DNA of 64,000 nt from Batkoa obscura (Eukaryota). The first letter of the stretch is position 1. Each line of letters starts with the position of its first letter. The translations under genes and the position numbers were made by a program. Positions 26,546 to 38,570 of this stretch are shown here, one piece after another. The notes under the pieces were generated by a model. It saw nothing but the letters and a program-made list of their open reading frames with translations. It was not told the DNA's origin and did not search any database. The DNA lies in assembly GCA_030770535.1 (NCBI GenBank), contig JASVEC010000016.1, positions 372,001 to 436,000 of the forward strand, given 5' to 3'.

Positions 26546-26643
26546 GGGGATCTATTTTCATGTTTGAGAATTTTACTAACAATCTTTCCACTCAAACATA
26601 GCACTTAAAGATGGAAAAGTAATGAAATCAAAAAAACATCCTT
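26546..26643 (+). mobile_element. MITE copy
   Basis: Flanks ATAT/ATAT. Confidence 0.8.
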
Positions 26644-26983
26644 ATATCGCTATAACTTTTTAAAAAAATACTAAATTTATTTATAAAGAATAAGTTATAT
26701 TTAGCAAGAGTTTTTATGATCTGTTAAAAAAACAATTATAGTCATTTTTATATATATTAAAGATTGAATGACTATTGATAAAAATACGAACATTAATTTT
26801 TGATGTATTACCCAAAATTTTATATTGGCTTAAAATTTTTCAATATCTTTTGCAAAAAGTAATAACCTTTTCTCTTAACTTTTTTTGTTAAATGATAAAG
26901 TACAATATGCAAATAAACTATTGTAAAAGTATTGAGCATTAAAAAAGGTTGAATCAGTTACAATATTTAAGTTTTTATCATAT

Positions 26984-27080
26984 AGGGATGTGTTTTTGCA
27001 TTTAAGGATTTTACTAACAATTTTTCTGGTCAAATAGCATTTAAAAGATGGAAAAAGTAATGAAGCTAAAAAACATCCTC
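26984..27080 (+). mobile_element. MITE copy
   Basis: Flanks ATAT/ATAT. Confidence 0.8.
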
Positions 27081-27573
27081 ATATACCAGATTCAAGGTAT
27101 TTTTTAGAAATATACAATCCTTAGCAAAATAATATTGAAAATATTTCAAATACTTTTCTGCCTTTTTTAAACATAACAAAACTATTCAATTATATAACAA
27201 AGCAGTAACAATATTGATATCTTGCTTTTCTAGTTAAATTCAAAATAAAGTATTTTAGTTTGTTATTACAATCAAAGTAATAGGAATTTCAAATACTCAT
27301 ATTAGTATTTTTAAATTTATTAAAATCTTGATATGTAACTACTTATTTCAAAGTTAAAAATATCAAATTATAATTTATTTCAATTATAAAGCTATTTATA
27401 AGCACTATATTATTTATTTTTAGATTTTTACAAAATTCCTAGTTAGTAATCAAATTCTTAGGGTTCTAATTATATAGGTCTCCCCACTTAATTTGACTAT
27501 TTATAAATTAGTATAAACTTAAATTACAAAATTTACAAATACATGAAATTGATGTCAAATTTTAATGTTAAAA

Positions 27574-28737
27574 TTAATTATAATTAAGTAAAGCGGCCAA
27601 TCCTAAAGGCAATAAGGAGTAAGATAGTGATCTGGCACTGGAAGGAGCTTGACGACGAGAATCAATAACTTTGGTATTAGAACCTTCTTCTTTAGATGGA
27701 TCTTTAGTATTATCAAACATATTCTCATCACCTAATTCACCTCCACCTTGCATATCTTTTGAAGTTTTTGATTTTTCTTTATCACCTTTAGCAACTAAAC
27801 CTAAATCTTTATCAACTTCAAAATCATCATCTTTAGATAAAGGTTCTCCATAACATTCTACTTTGAAATTTCTTACGCGTACAGAATAGTAACCATCTTT
27901 CTTCATATCTTCTGATTCCCAATCAATGTAACCACCAGCCCAGTCTCTAGTACCTTCAGCACCAGAACCACCATCCCAAATACCAAAAGAAAATTGAGCT
28001 GGCTCGGAAGGATATTCATCGCCAGATCTTTTAAATTCACGAATCATGGCACCATCCACATACCATTGAACTCTATCAGCATTAAAATCGATAGCATAAT
28101 TATGGAAACCTTCGAAAGAGTTTTTGATCTTTTTACCTTCAAAGTGAGTTTGATCTTGTGGAGGAATAACACCTTTGTGGAACCAATTGGTTTGTACTTC
28201 TTCAAGCTTGTGACCAGTCCATTCAATATCGATTTCATCTTTACCTTTGGACATAGTAATAAAAGCGGAAACAACACCACCACCACGACTAGTCTTAATA
28301 TCAGCAGAAATACGACCATAATTAACAAAACGAGTAGATTGAAGTGTAGAACCTGAATTAGCTTTACTCATTTTTAATACAACTTCATTGCCTTGGACTT
28401 CATAATCACCAACAATAGTGAAATCATACTTGGTATATTCACCCTTATAATCGCTAAGTTTGATGATTTTATCCTTGCTGAAACTACTTTGCATGCTTTT
28501 ACAAGCGGGTAATGGTAAACATTTTTTTCCTTTAGCATTACCACTTTCAATACATGTGGAACCACAATATTCAAATGTTTTACCACAGAAACCTTCCTTG
28601 TTACAACATGGATTATATTTATCGCAGAGTCCTTTAACGTCAAAACATTTTCCTTTTTGTTCATCTGAAAATACTGGGGATAAAATACTTAGTAGCATAC
28701 ATGCTATTGATAAAGTATTAAAATTAAGGTTAACCAT
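27574..28737 (-). CDS. Crh/Utr2-type GH16 chitin transglycosylase with an N-terminal chitin-binding (CBM18-like) module and probable GPI anchor
   Basis: Signal peptide, CCNKEGFCG Cys-rich module, DEIDIEW catalytic motif, IWDGG..GTRDWAGG, hydrophobic C-terminus after SSA. Confidence 0.92.
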   Translation of the reverse strand: MVNLNFNTLSIACMLLSILSPVFSDEQKGKCFDVKGLCDKYNPCCNKEGFCGKTFEYCGSTCIESGNAKGKKCLPLPACKSMQSSFSKDKIIKLSDYKGEYTKYDFTIVGDYEVQGNEVVLKMSKANSGSTLQSTRFVNYGRISADIKTSRGGGVVSAFITMSKGKDEIDIEWTGHKLEEVQTNWFHKGVIPPQDQTHFEGKKIKNSFEGFHNYAIDFNADRVQWYVDGAMIREFKRSGDEYPSEPAQFSFGIWDGGSGAEGTRDWAGGYIDWESEDMKKDGYYSVRVRNFKVECYGEPLSKDDDFEVDKDLGLVAKGDKEKSKTSKDMQGGGELGDENMFDNTKDPSKEEGSNTKVIDSRRQAPSSARSLSYSLLPLGLAALLNYN

Positions 28738-29576
28738 TATGTATTATTTTATATAAAAAAAGTATAAACAGAATTAAGTAATTAAAAAAGATTAATTTAT
28801 ATATTCGCCCTTTTAACAAAGTTAAGAGAAGAAATAAAAGCTTTTATTTTGAAGTGTCCCTATTTATATAGAACCTGTGAAATAAAGTTACGGTGAAATA
28901 GATCATAGCCACTCTTATTCTATGTACCTTAGAATATTAATTGTTCTATGAAAGCTAACCAATAGGAATAAAACTAAGGACCCATTACTTTAAATTTTCG
29001 AAATCCTTATGTTTTCCATAATATAAAATTTGAAGAATTGACCTAAAAGGGGTAAAAAGAAAGTAAATGAATTTCAGATATATGTTCAATTCTCTATTTT
29101 TAGCTCCTTATTAGTCACATTGAAATTTTATTTTTAAATTTAACATTGTAGAAAAAATCAAACATAGCTAAAACTTTTGGAATTGATGCATTTTCATTTA
29201 ATTGCTTACCGAATGTAAGAAAAATAACAGTAATTGAAAATTTAAAACAAAATAAATGGTAAATTAAAAAATTAACATATATTTAAACTGAATCAAAAAA
29301 TCCTTTGATTTTTTCCAATTTTAATTTGCTCCACTTTCTAGTTCGGATTCACCTATCAAATTTGATGATTTAAATTAATATTAATTACACTGGTTATTAA
29401 TTAATGTTTTAATTTTATAAATTAATATTTAATCACAAACTTTTGAAATTGAGATGTTTGAAATACCATATTTAACTCACTTTATAATACATAGTTAAAT
29501 TACAGTTATCTTTTATAGTTCTAAAGCTGATTAATAGTTGAATTTTTAGTTATACTTCAATCAAACTCAAATATAT

Positions 29577-29676
29577 GGGGGATACATTTTTGTGTTTAAG
29601 AATTTTGCTAATAAATTTTCCACTCAAATGGCGCTTAAAAGATGGAAAAAATGATGAAGCTAAAAAAATGCCCCTT
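29577..29676 (+). mobile_element. MITE copy
   Basis: Flanks ATAT/ATAT. Confidence 0.8.
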
Positions 29677-30186
29677 ATATGTTCTATAACTAATGGAAAA
29701 GATTACTATTGAAAGTTTACATAATCTTGATAGTAAAATGTATAATATTTTTAACTTTGTTTTATTTGCTAAGGTATATCCTTTTTATACTAAAGTATAA
29801 AATTTTGAATATTTGAAAGTACCTATATGTTTAGAATAATACTTATTCAATAAGATAAAAAATTCAAATACTATGGCTTTATCTATTTTAGTCTTATAGC
29901 AAATACAAAAATATTCCTCTAATGTTCATATAAACTATTTTAATAAATTGATTGATATTATTTAATATATTTTAATTAATTGATCAATGTAATAAGAAGA
30001 TAGTTGAATAGTTGAACCTAAAGTAATATGTTGACCATTATACCATTTATTTAATTGACTATCGAAATAAAATAATTTATTTTTAACTACTGTACATCCG
30101 TCATAAATAAGCCTTGGTAATATTTTTTTAAAATTATATATTTAAGACACTGCTTATAATAAAAAGAAAGTATGAAATAATCATAT

Positions 30187-30278
30187 AGGGATGTACTTTT
30201 TTGTTTAAGAACTTTACTAACAATCTTTCCACTTAAATAGGGCTTAAGAATGGAAAAGTAATGAAATCAAAAATCCTC
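30187..30278 (+). mobile_element. MITE copy (left arm of an inverted pair)
   Basis: Flanks ATAT/ATAT. Confidence 0.85.
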
Positions 30279-30342
30279 ATATTAAGAACATTATTAATTT
30301 ATTAATTTTTTAATATAAAAAATAACTAAAAATTAACAATAT

Positions 30343-30439
30343 GGGGACGTTTTTTTTGGCTTCATTACTTTTCCATTCTTAAGCCCTATTTAAGTGGAAA
30401 GATTGTTAGTAAAGTTCTTAAACAAAAAAACACATCCCC
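30343..30439 (-). mobile_element. MITE copy (right arm of an inverted pair)
   Basis: Flanks ATAT/ATAT. Confidence 0.85.
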
Positions 30440-30772
30440 ATATCATTTATCTACTACACCTAAACTTTATATATTTAATAATCGATCTAAACAAAACAAC
30501 CAAAATCCACTTAACAAAATGTTATTAAATGTATTTTTATACTTTATTGGTAAACCAAACAAATTAATAGCTGCTTTATCTTAACAACAGTAAAAGTCAA
30601 ATCCATTCTATCATTAATATCAATAAGCATTGTTCTCAGTTTATAAATATTTAATCATTCAATAACACTTAATTTAAGTATATAAGTAGTTTCATTACCA
30701 GTAAAACTTGAATTGAGGATCAAACGAGACAATAATATTTTTAAAAAAATATAAATAAGCAAAAATAAATAC

Positions 30773-30867
30773 GGGAGGTGTTTTTTTGGTCTCATCACTT
30801 TTTCCATTTTTAAGCACCATTTGAGCGGAAAGACTATCAGTAAAATTTTTAAACAAAACACACCTCC
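30773..30867 (-). mobile_element. MITE copy
   Basis: Flanks ATAC/ATAT. Confidence 0.8.
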
Positions 30868-31063
30868 ATATTTAAATCTTAACCTGCTAAGTGTTCCTTT
30901 CCTTAATCAAAGTGCTAATTTTTCTGACATCAGATTCCTTTTTTTGGCGGCTAGTTCATATAAATACCCAGGTTCTATGTTTTTTTGAGTTTTTTTAGAG
31001 TAGAAGCTTAGACTCTGCACAATTGCCTAAAGCCATCATTCTTTTTGTATATATATAGCATAT

Positions 31064-31161
31064 GGGGCTGTTTTTTTTAGTTTCATTATTTTTCCATTTT
31101 TTAAGCGCTATTTATGTGGAAAAATTGTCAGTAAAATTCTTAAATACAAAAATACATCCCC
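31064..31161 (-). mobile_element. MITE copy (tandem dimer, first unit)
   Basis: Flanks ATAT/ATAT. Confidence 0.85.
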
Positions 31162-31165
31162 ATAT

Positions 31166-31259
31166 AGGGATTTTTTTCTGGCTTCATTACTTTTTATCTT
31201 AAGCACTCTTTGAGTGGAAAATTTGTTAGTAAAATTCTCAAACACAAAAATACGTCCCC
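31166..31259 (-). mobile_element. MITE copy (tandem dimer, second unit)
   Basis: Shares the ATAT at 31162-31165 with the previous copy. Confidence 0.85.
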
Positions 31260-32025
31260 ATATATTACTAAATTAATAAATAGCTCGATGGGAGGGAGTG
31301 GTTAGCCCCAAAACTATAATTAGACATCCTTATATAATACAAATAATATAATAATAGTTTCTACTTACTCTTTAACTATTTATTGACTTAGCTATTAATA
31401 ATTTAGATAATGTTAAAATTCAACAACTAATTTCTAACATTAATAAACTACTTGCTTAGTAAATGTTTAAATATTTGAATATTTAGATTTTTTGTTATTT
31501 GTGAAATCTAGTACTCAGTGGTTGGAGCCAGAAACAGCTATTGCCTGGTTGACTACACTATAAGTTAAAAAGTCTTAGTTTATGTGACTAAGATAGACTT
31601 GGAGTATGAAGAATAGCTCTTAATAGGCTACAGACTATGTAAAACAAATAGAATAGACAATACTAATATAAAATCTACGTAAAATACTATTAAGAAAACT
31701 TAGTGGCTTTATTAAATGTTCGAGATATCAGGGAATAATTCAGTTAAAAAGCCTCGAATTACTATACTCTAAAATCTCTTTTGTACTTTGAAAAATATAA
31801 ATATCAAAATGAGAAGATAATGTTCTTTTGAATGGAGCTAGAAATTCTCATAGCAAATCAAACTAAGAACATGGGATTGATTTTCTCTGAACTCGAGAAC
31901 ACAACAACTTAGGCGATTATTATGCTATAATTAACTATGGGACTGACAAAGCAGTATTTCACAAAACTTAAATTTGGGTTAATTTTTAAGCTGATTCTGG
32001 AGCTGATTCAGACATTTCAATATAT

Positions 32026-32124
32026 GGGAGTGTTTTTTTTTGCTTCATTGCTTTTTACATTTTTTAAGCGCTATTTAAGCGGAAAATTTAGTAGTAAAAT
32101 TCTCAAACATAAAAATACATCCCC
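32026..32124 (-). mobile_element. MITE copy
   Basis: Flanks ATAT/ATAT. Confidence 0.85.
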
Positions 32125-32162
32125 ATATTATTTTAAATATATTGGCATTAATATTAAGATAT

Positions 32163-32262
32163 GGGGATGTGTTTATATATTCAAGAATTTTAGTAATACT
32201 TTTTCCACTCAAATAGTGCTTAAAAGATGGAAAAAGTAATGAAGCCAAAAAAAACATTCCCT
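32163..32262 (+). mobile_element. MITE copy
   Basis: Left flank ATAT; 38 bp from the previous copy, in opposite orientation. Confidence 0.85.
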
Positions 32263-32660
32263 ATTGATTACTTAAATTATTTATAAAATTAATTTAACTG
32301 TAATTTATATAACAAATTTAATTAACTTTTGGTAACTTTGATATTAGAAATTATATTTTAAATTTAAATATAATTAATTTAAACCTTTTTATCTAAATAT
32401 AGGAGAATTTTTATCAAATAAAGTATTAACAGATAAATGAAAAAATTAAATTATTAAAACAAAAAATTGATCCACTTTATATATTTAATTTATTAAATGA
32501 AGATGTCAAACTCATATTTTTAAATGTACTAGATAAAAACAAAAAAATTAAAATATTTAAATTGAAAAAAAACTAATACTCTAATGGTCTTCTGTAAAAT
32601 AAAGCTAATTTTGACTAATATTAATTTAATATTTAAAAACGATAAGTTTGTCAAAACAAT

Positions 32661-32758
32661 GGGAGTGTTTTTTTGACTTCATTATTTTTTCCATTTTTTA
32701 AGCGCTATTTAAGCGGAAAATTTGTTAGTAAAACTCTTAAACACAAAAATACATCCCC
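32661..32758 (-). mobile_element. MITE copy
   Basis: TIRs intact; left flank CAAT, right flank ambiguous by one C. Confidence 0.85.
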
Positions 32759-33046
32759 AATACCAAAAAAATGGCTGAGAATAATCTGCCAAAATGGAAA
32801 TGCTTAATAAAAATAGTTAAAAACTTAAACCTTGTATTTACTTCAATCTTAAAATAAGACCAACACATTATAAGGTAAGTGAATTGTTTTGAATGGGCAA
32901 GGAGTTTGTCCAAATTGCTTGTAATGTACTAAATAACTAAAAAAATTATCAGTACTTTGGATTGACTCTCCGCTCATTTAAGATGATTCACTCTCTCCAA
33001 AGCACACTATGCTATATAAACAAGTAAAGGTTATTTTACTTGATAG

Positions 33047-33948
33047 ATCAAATTAATTTCAATATATATTTTTACTCCAATTTATTTAGCAGTTACTTGC
33101 ATAACTTCAATATGCTTAATAACCAATTCATTTTTAATTTACTTTGCAAGTAAATTATCATCAGAACAAATTGATATAAAATTAGTACTTATTTTGGTCT
33201 CTTTAGAGTTTTTAGCACCAAGTGTGGTTTTATCTGATCTTATTTACTATTTTATTGATGGACAAAAAATAATTGAAAATCAATATGAATGCAACTTTTG
33301 TGAATTTGTTATAATATTTATTTATCATTATGAAATGGTATTGAGTTCTTTATTATCAATGGAAAGATTATCAAAAATTAAAAAATCTTGTTTATTTAAT
33401 TACGCTTATTATCCTACAATAATTAATTTAATTGTCTTCACACTTTTATTGATTGCTTGCGCTGCTACAAATTCATTTGTAATTGCTTCAACAAAATTAA
33501 CTTGTCAGTTCAATGTTTAAATAGTATATTAGCTTCAGTCACTTACCACTATTCTTTGTTAAGTGGCTTTGTCGGTGTTGGACTTTTGGTATACTCATAT
33601 TACTGTTTGGTAAATAAAATTAATGATCATAAAAACATTATGCTATTGGGAACAGAATCTACTATTAAAATATCTAGTAGTGTAAGATCTAAGTGTTTCA
33701 AAAAAGCATCAATTAAAGTAGATTTAATTTTAATTAGTTACACAACATGAATGCTAAGCTCAATTATTACTTTATTTCTTGAATCAACATTGAAATATAA
33801 ATATGATGATACTCTTAAATATGCCAGAGATCTTAATGCAGCTGTTACACTTTTGCTTATTTTTGGTATTATCTTTAATACGTTGCTAATGCTTACTTTA
33901 CATGCTGGAGTTGCAAAAGAAGGGAAAAAAGTAATCGAGTCAAACTAA
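33047..33948 (+). pseudogene. Disrupted rhodopsin-like GPCR
   Basis: The frame reads ..ICLITNSFLIY..DIKLVLILVSLEF..YEC..LLSMERLSKI..LTCQF with no in-frame ATG before TM1. It frameshifts near 33510-33520 into TM5 (LVYSYY) and has an in-frame TGA at 33748-33750 in TM6. Confidence 0.75.
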
Positions 33949-35274
33949 ATTTTAGACCCCGAGGACCTAAAGTCTAAGTTAATCCAAATTTTAATAAGAA
34001 CAAATAGACTTTGCACCTCAACAATCATTTTGATTGTAATGTAAATTTGATACCTGTAACTGTATCTTTTAACAAAATAAACAAAATTTTAAAATCACTA
34101 TTTAAGGTACTTTGATTAATTTCTACAGCTCGAAAAAAAATCCTGACAATTTATAGTAAATAGTTTATTTGGAGCATTTAAAAATAAAAAAATACCATTT
34201 TACAGTAGTGAAAAAGTCATTTTAATAGCCATTATATAATCTTGCAACTATTTGGCTTATAAATGTAGTAGTTTTAATCTAAAAGCTTACTGTTATATTA
34301 ATACGTTGGCTTTTTGTATCCAAAGTTATAACTCCATAAAAATATAAACGCGTCAAGACATACATCGTGAATGGGATATGAGAGTATGATTAGTCAGTTG
34401 TAAAACAAGGGGTTGTTTCGTAGTTCTAATCCGTGGGAAATAGAGTTAATGATATATAGAGTATAATGAAAAATAACATATGAAAAATAAACTATGTCGC
34501 TTTTTTTGTCAAATTTATTTACATATTTATTTATGAATAAATCAATGATTATAATATGGTTCTTGGTCCAGATACTTATTTAAGAATAAAATTGATAAAA
34601 AAATTAAACGCTTCGAATTTCTTTATAATGGGGAATATTTCAATTAAAACTGTCAATATTCTCATTTTACATCCCTTGATTTCTGCTTTATGTATTTGGT
34701 TTCATTTAATAACTAGACATTTAAAACTTTCTTTCTTTAATTAACTTTATTACGCTATTTACGTAATAGTTTCTTTATTATGCCAACTATTAACTTAATA
34801 ATTTAATAAATAACCTATAGCAAATTAAGCGACTACCTTAGCTCATTAAAACAATATATTTTAAAACAATATATTTTAACATATAAAATGATGATGTTAA
34901 GAGAAAACTATTTATAACTCTGTATAAAAAATACATTTGCCAGTTAAGGTTAATAAATGATCTGAGCTACCATATTTAAATAGAAAATTATGCTAGTGGA
35001 ACATACTAAAGAATAGATTTTTAAGGGAGGAGTCGTGAGAGCTAATTTCTCCCTTCCTCGGTAGATAAACTTACTAAATAAAGTAAAAAAAGAATTCAAT
35101 TACCAAGTTTCTCTCTTATATCTACTAAATAGATAGCACAACCATTGTAAATGACCAATTGTATAAAAAAAGCATGATTTTTCGATTATTGTTCATTGTT
35201 ATATTTGATGGAGTAGGACAGCTAATATAAAAAGGACTCAAATGTAAACTCAAAAATCATAACATTAAGTTAAT

Positions 35275-36273
35275 ATGTTTAGTATCAAATCCACTTTATT
35301 GAATTTCCTCGTTTATGGTAGTCTTGTTAGTAATGTCTTAAGCACTACCACCATTACTGAGGATGAAAAGCTCCCTGATACCTCCAACGATCCTTATTTG
35401 AGAGATTTAATTAATGGCTTGAAAGATATCAAATCCAACTTCTCTGATATTCCAGTTAGGAGTGGAAGGTCTTCCGTTATAGTCAATTTAAAAGTGAGCG
35501 ATGAAGCTGAATCTAAGAGGATTTCAAAATATGCTGGTGCTGCTTACTGCCTCGATTTAACTTTGAAACCATGGACTTGTAATCATTGCAAAAAAATCGG
35601 TTCCAACATTGTTGTTCAAGATGTTTTTACTGAATTTATTACTGGTGGTCGTGGATTCATTGCTACTGATGCTACTAAAAAGCAAATTATTCTTTCCTTC
35701 CGTGGTAGCTCCAATATTCAGAATTGGTTAGGAAATCTTAACTTAATATTTACCAATTATAATGTAAATAACGGTGGTAGTGATATTCAAGTACATGCTG
35801 GATTTAAAGATGGTATCAATGCCCTTTATCCAAAGTTCAGCCCACTTCTTAAAAGTTTAGTAGCTTCACATCCAGATTACAAACTTATTATTACTGGCCA
35901 TTCTTTAGGTGGTGCTCTTGCTACTTTAGCATCTATTGAAATTCAAAAGAACTTCAACTTATCGTGGGATAGAATGCAATTATTTACTTATGGTGAACCT
36001 CGTGTTGGAAATACTGCTTTTGTAGAATGGTTCAATAGACAAAGTTTAACCTTAACTCGTGTGGTTAACAACAAAGATATTGTTCCTCACGTACCACCAC
36101 GTAAATTTGGCTATTCTCAACATCAAAGAGAAATGCATTTAAGGGATAATAAAGCTAAAGTTTGCTCCACCACTGTATTAGAAGATCCCACTTGTGCTTT
36201 ATCTACTGAGCCTTTCTTATCCATTTTAGATCATCTTACTTATTGGGATGGTTTCTTAGGTGGTGTTTGTTAA
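35275..36273 (+). CDS. Secreted class 3 lipase
   Basis: Signal peptide, SFRGS, GHSLGG, YGEPRVGN, DIVPHVPP, DHL. Confidence 0.96.
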   Translation: MFSIKSTLLNFLVYGSLVSNVLSTTTITEDEKLPDTSNDPYLRDLINGLKDIKSNFSDIPVRSGRSSVIVNLKVSDEAESKRISKYAGAAYCLDLTLKPWTCNHCKKIGSNIVVQDVFTEFITGGRGFIATDATKKQIILSFRGSSNIQNWLGNLNLIFTNYNVNNGGSDIQVHAGFKDGINALYPKFSPLLKSLVASHPDYKLIITGHSLGGALATLASIEIQKNFNLSWDRMQLFTYGEPRVGNTAFVEWFNRQSLTLTRVVNNKDIVPHVPPRKFGYSQHQREMHLRDNKAKVCSTTVLEDPTCALSTEPFLSILDHLTYWDGFLGGVC

Positions 36274-36822
36274 AGGCTTCATTGTTCAAATACTAATAAA
36301 TGATTTTTTTTAAAACTATAAGTTTAATTTAACAATGATTTATTCTAATTTTTATTGTAATTATAATATCTTTAATAAGATTAGTCAATATAATAGGATA
36401 CTAAGGCGACGGAAAATCTAGAAAGCTATGACTCTCAAAAACGGGTTTGATTTAATTAAATTTATAAAACTTGAGAATGAATATTTCAGGTTAACCCTTT
36501 AAAATTCTTGTTATAATTCTTGTAAAATTTTTAGGACACAAAAGCATCTAAATGTTTTCTTAATATTGTAAAGGGATAAGAATGTTATTGGAATATTATA
36601 AGAGGAGGTATAATGTGAATTTTTAACTTTGAATCATAAACCAGTATGGTGCTTTATATGTTTTTTTAAGAATGTAAATAACTCCATAATTTTTCAAATG
36701 TTCTTATGTGAATTTTTAAAAAAATAGATACAGTTTTACTTGGCTTATATTTACGTTTAGTGGTAAATTTCTTAACTATATTCAAAATGAAAGTTAGTTT
36801 TATGTAAATTAAATAAGTAAAT

Positions 36823-36919
36823 TGAGATGTATTTTTGTATTTGAGAACTTTACTGACAATTTTTCCGCGCAAACAGCACTTAAAAGGTGTAAAAAGTAGA
36901 GGCCAAAAAAAACACCCCC
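36823..36919 (+). mobile_element. MITE copy
   Basis: Flanks AAAT/AAAT. Confidence 0.8.
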
Positions 36920-37949
36920 AAATCTCTAATAGCTTAATCAGATTAAGGTAGCTTTTATCTTGAGCCAAAAAAAAAGATGTTTACCATAAAACTCAAATAT
37001 TCACAAGCAAAGCTGTACTACTGGTACAATTTATACATGAATTTTATTACATACAGCTGTTGTAGCTCTTTAATAGCTTTTCTACCAGTAATTTTTATAG
37101 GTAAACTATTTGTATAATCTGTTTTTAAAGCCTGAGCATTATATCTCAACCAAGAACGATGTAACTTTTCCTTAAAAAATAATTAAATTGTAAAGACCTG
37201 TAGGAACTGTAATCTAATGGCTTCATAAATTATATAAAAGTCACCTTTAAATTACATTAGCAATGGTCCAACAGATATACTACAAGCCCAATTCAAACGT
37301 AGATTGGGAATCTTTGCTTTTGTAGTAAGTGAATTTAATCATGTTAACTACTTCGATTTAAACTTAGTAAACGCATATCTAAAAACATCTAATTCAAGTT
37401 TAAATTGGACTAGTATAGGAATTATTGTCTATTTCAAAAATTTCATAAGATTCAATGATGTATTTTAAAATTATAATTACTATATAAAAAACAATCAGTA
37501 TCTATCCAAGCTTTAACTTTTAATTAAAAACTCAAGCATATTCGCAATTTGAGAGTCTTTGGTGAGGTTAAAACGGCGAACTTACCTGTTAAGTAATCAA
37601 AGTTAGTATTGTCTATTAAAGAACTTTTAAATCTTTTAAATTTTCATGTGTTCTTTAGAGTATGAATTTATCTAAAAAATTATTCATGCTCAATAATCGC
37701 CATTGCAGCATTAACTTAAGTTTGCAAATTTCTACTCAATTGCTTTCGATATTAGCAACTGATACTTTTTGAACCCCTTTTCGCTTTTTTATTAATTTAT
37801 CCAATAGGATGTTCCATTTTAGAAGTTTAATTTTGCCCAAATAAAAGTTGATGTTCTATAAACTAATTATGAACTTCAATTCTTCTTCTTTCTTACTAAT
37901 CTCCATTTTGTTTCTACTTTCTTATTTCAAAAACCAACAGTATCTAACC

Positions 37950-38570
37950 ATGGGTAAAAAAATCAAGATTATTGAATACTCTATTATCGATAATAAAATT
38001 AAAAAAAAAAGAGACGAGCCAGAGGAATTAAAACGGGCAAAAAAGTTAGAATTAGGGATAATTAAGCTTGAAGAGCAGATGAAAGAGACAATTCGATTAT
38101 TAAAGAAATTGGAGTCAATTAATGTAAATAAAGGGCTAAAGACAGATAAAGGACCAAAAAATTATAATAATCCAAACTTAGTTAGATTAAAAAGATATTT
38201 GAAATGGACAGCATCAAAGCTTAAGTCTATTGATAAAACGAATGAAATTGAGAGTATAAATAATATAATCAAAGAATATAATAATATTAAACCCGGGTTT
38301 CTATTTGAGCGGCATTATTCAAACACTCAAATATATATCAATTTCGATTCTACACCATTCGAGGAAAAATCGCAAGAAGGAGATATAGGAGTTGCTTTCA
38401 CTCTATCCGAATACGACATTCAGTTCAATAGCATTCTTAAGAGTTTCAATGGGTTTAATCATATTTTCGAGTCCTTCATAAGTTATCATAGTACTTCTTT
38501 AATAAAGTATTTAATTTTAAAGTCTATCGCAAAATTTTTACTTTTCCTTAAATATAGTAGTATTTCTTAA
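37950..38570 (+). CDS. Hypothetical Lys-rich protein, no recognisable family
   Basis: Long ORF in AT-rich DNA; the likely start is accATGG at 37950. The N-terminal half is coiled-coil-like. Confidence 0.45.
   Translation: MGKKIKIIEYSIIDNKIKKKRDEPEELKRAKKLELGIIKLEEQMKETIRLLKKLESINVNKGLKTDKGPKNYNNPNLVRLKRYLKWTASKLKSIDKTNEIESINNIIKEYNNIKPGFLFERHYSNTQIYINFDSTPFEEKSQEGDIGVAFTLSEYDIQFNSILKSFNGFNHIFESFISYHSTSLIKYLILKSIAKFLLFLKYSSIS

Noticed and set aside
31500..31990. Slightly GC-richer segment as a retroelement or transposase relic
   Set aside because: The frame I translated has frequent stops and no recognisable gag, pol or DDE motif; a blastx search would be needed.
33748..33750. TGA between ORFs 33457 and 33751 as recoding (Trp, Sec or readthrough)
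   Set aside because: The same gene also has a frameshift and no start codon, and TGA terminates intact genes here (e.g. 11069-11071). A pseudogene is the simpler explanation.
34385..34440. GC-richer patch with gttctaatcc resembling a tRNA T-arm
   Set aside because: No acceptor stem, D-arm or anticodon stem could be built.
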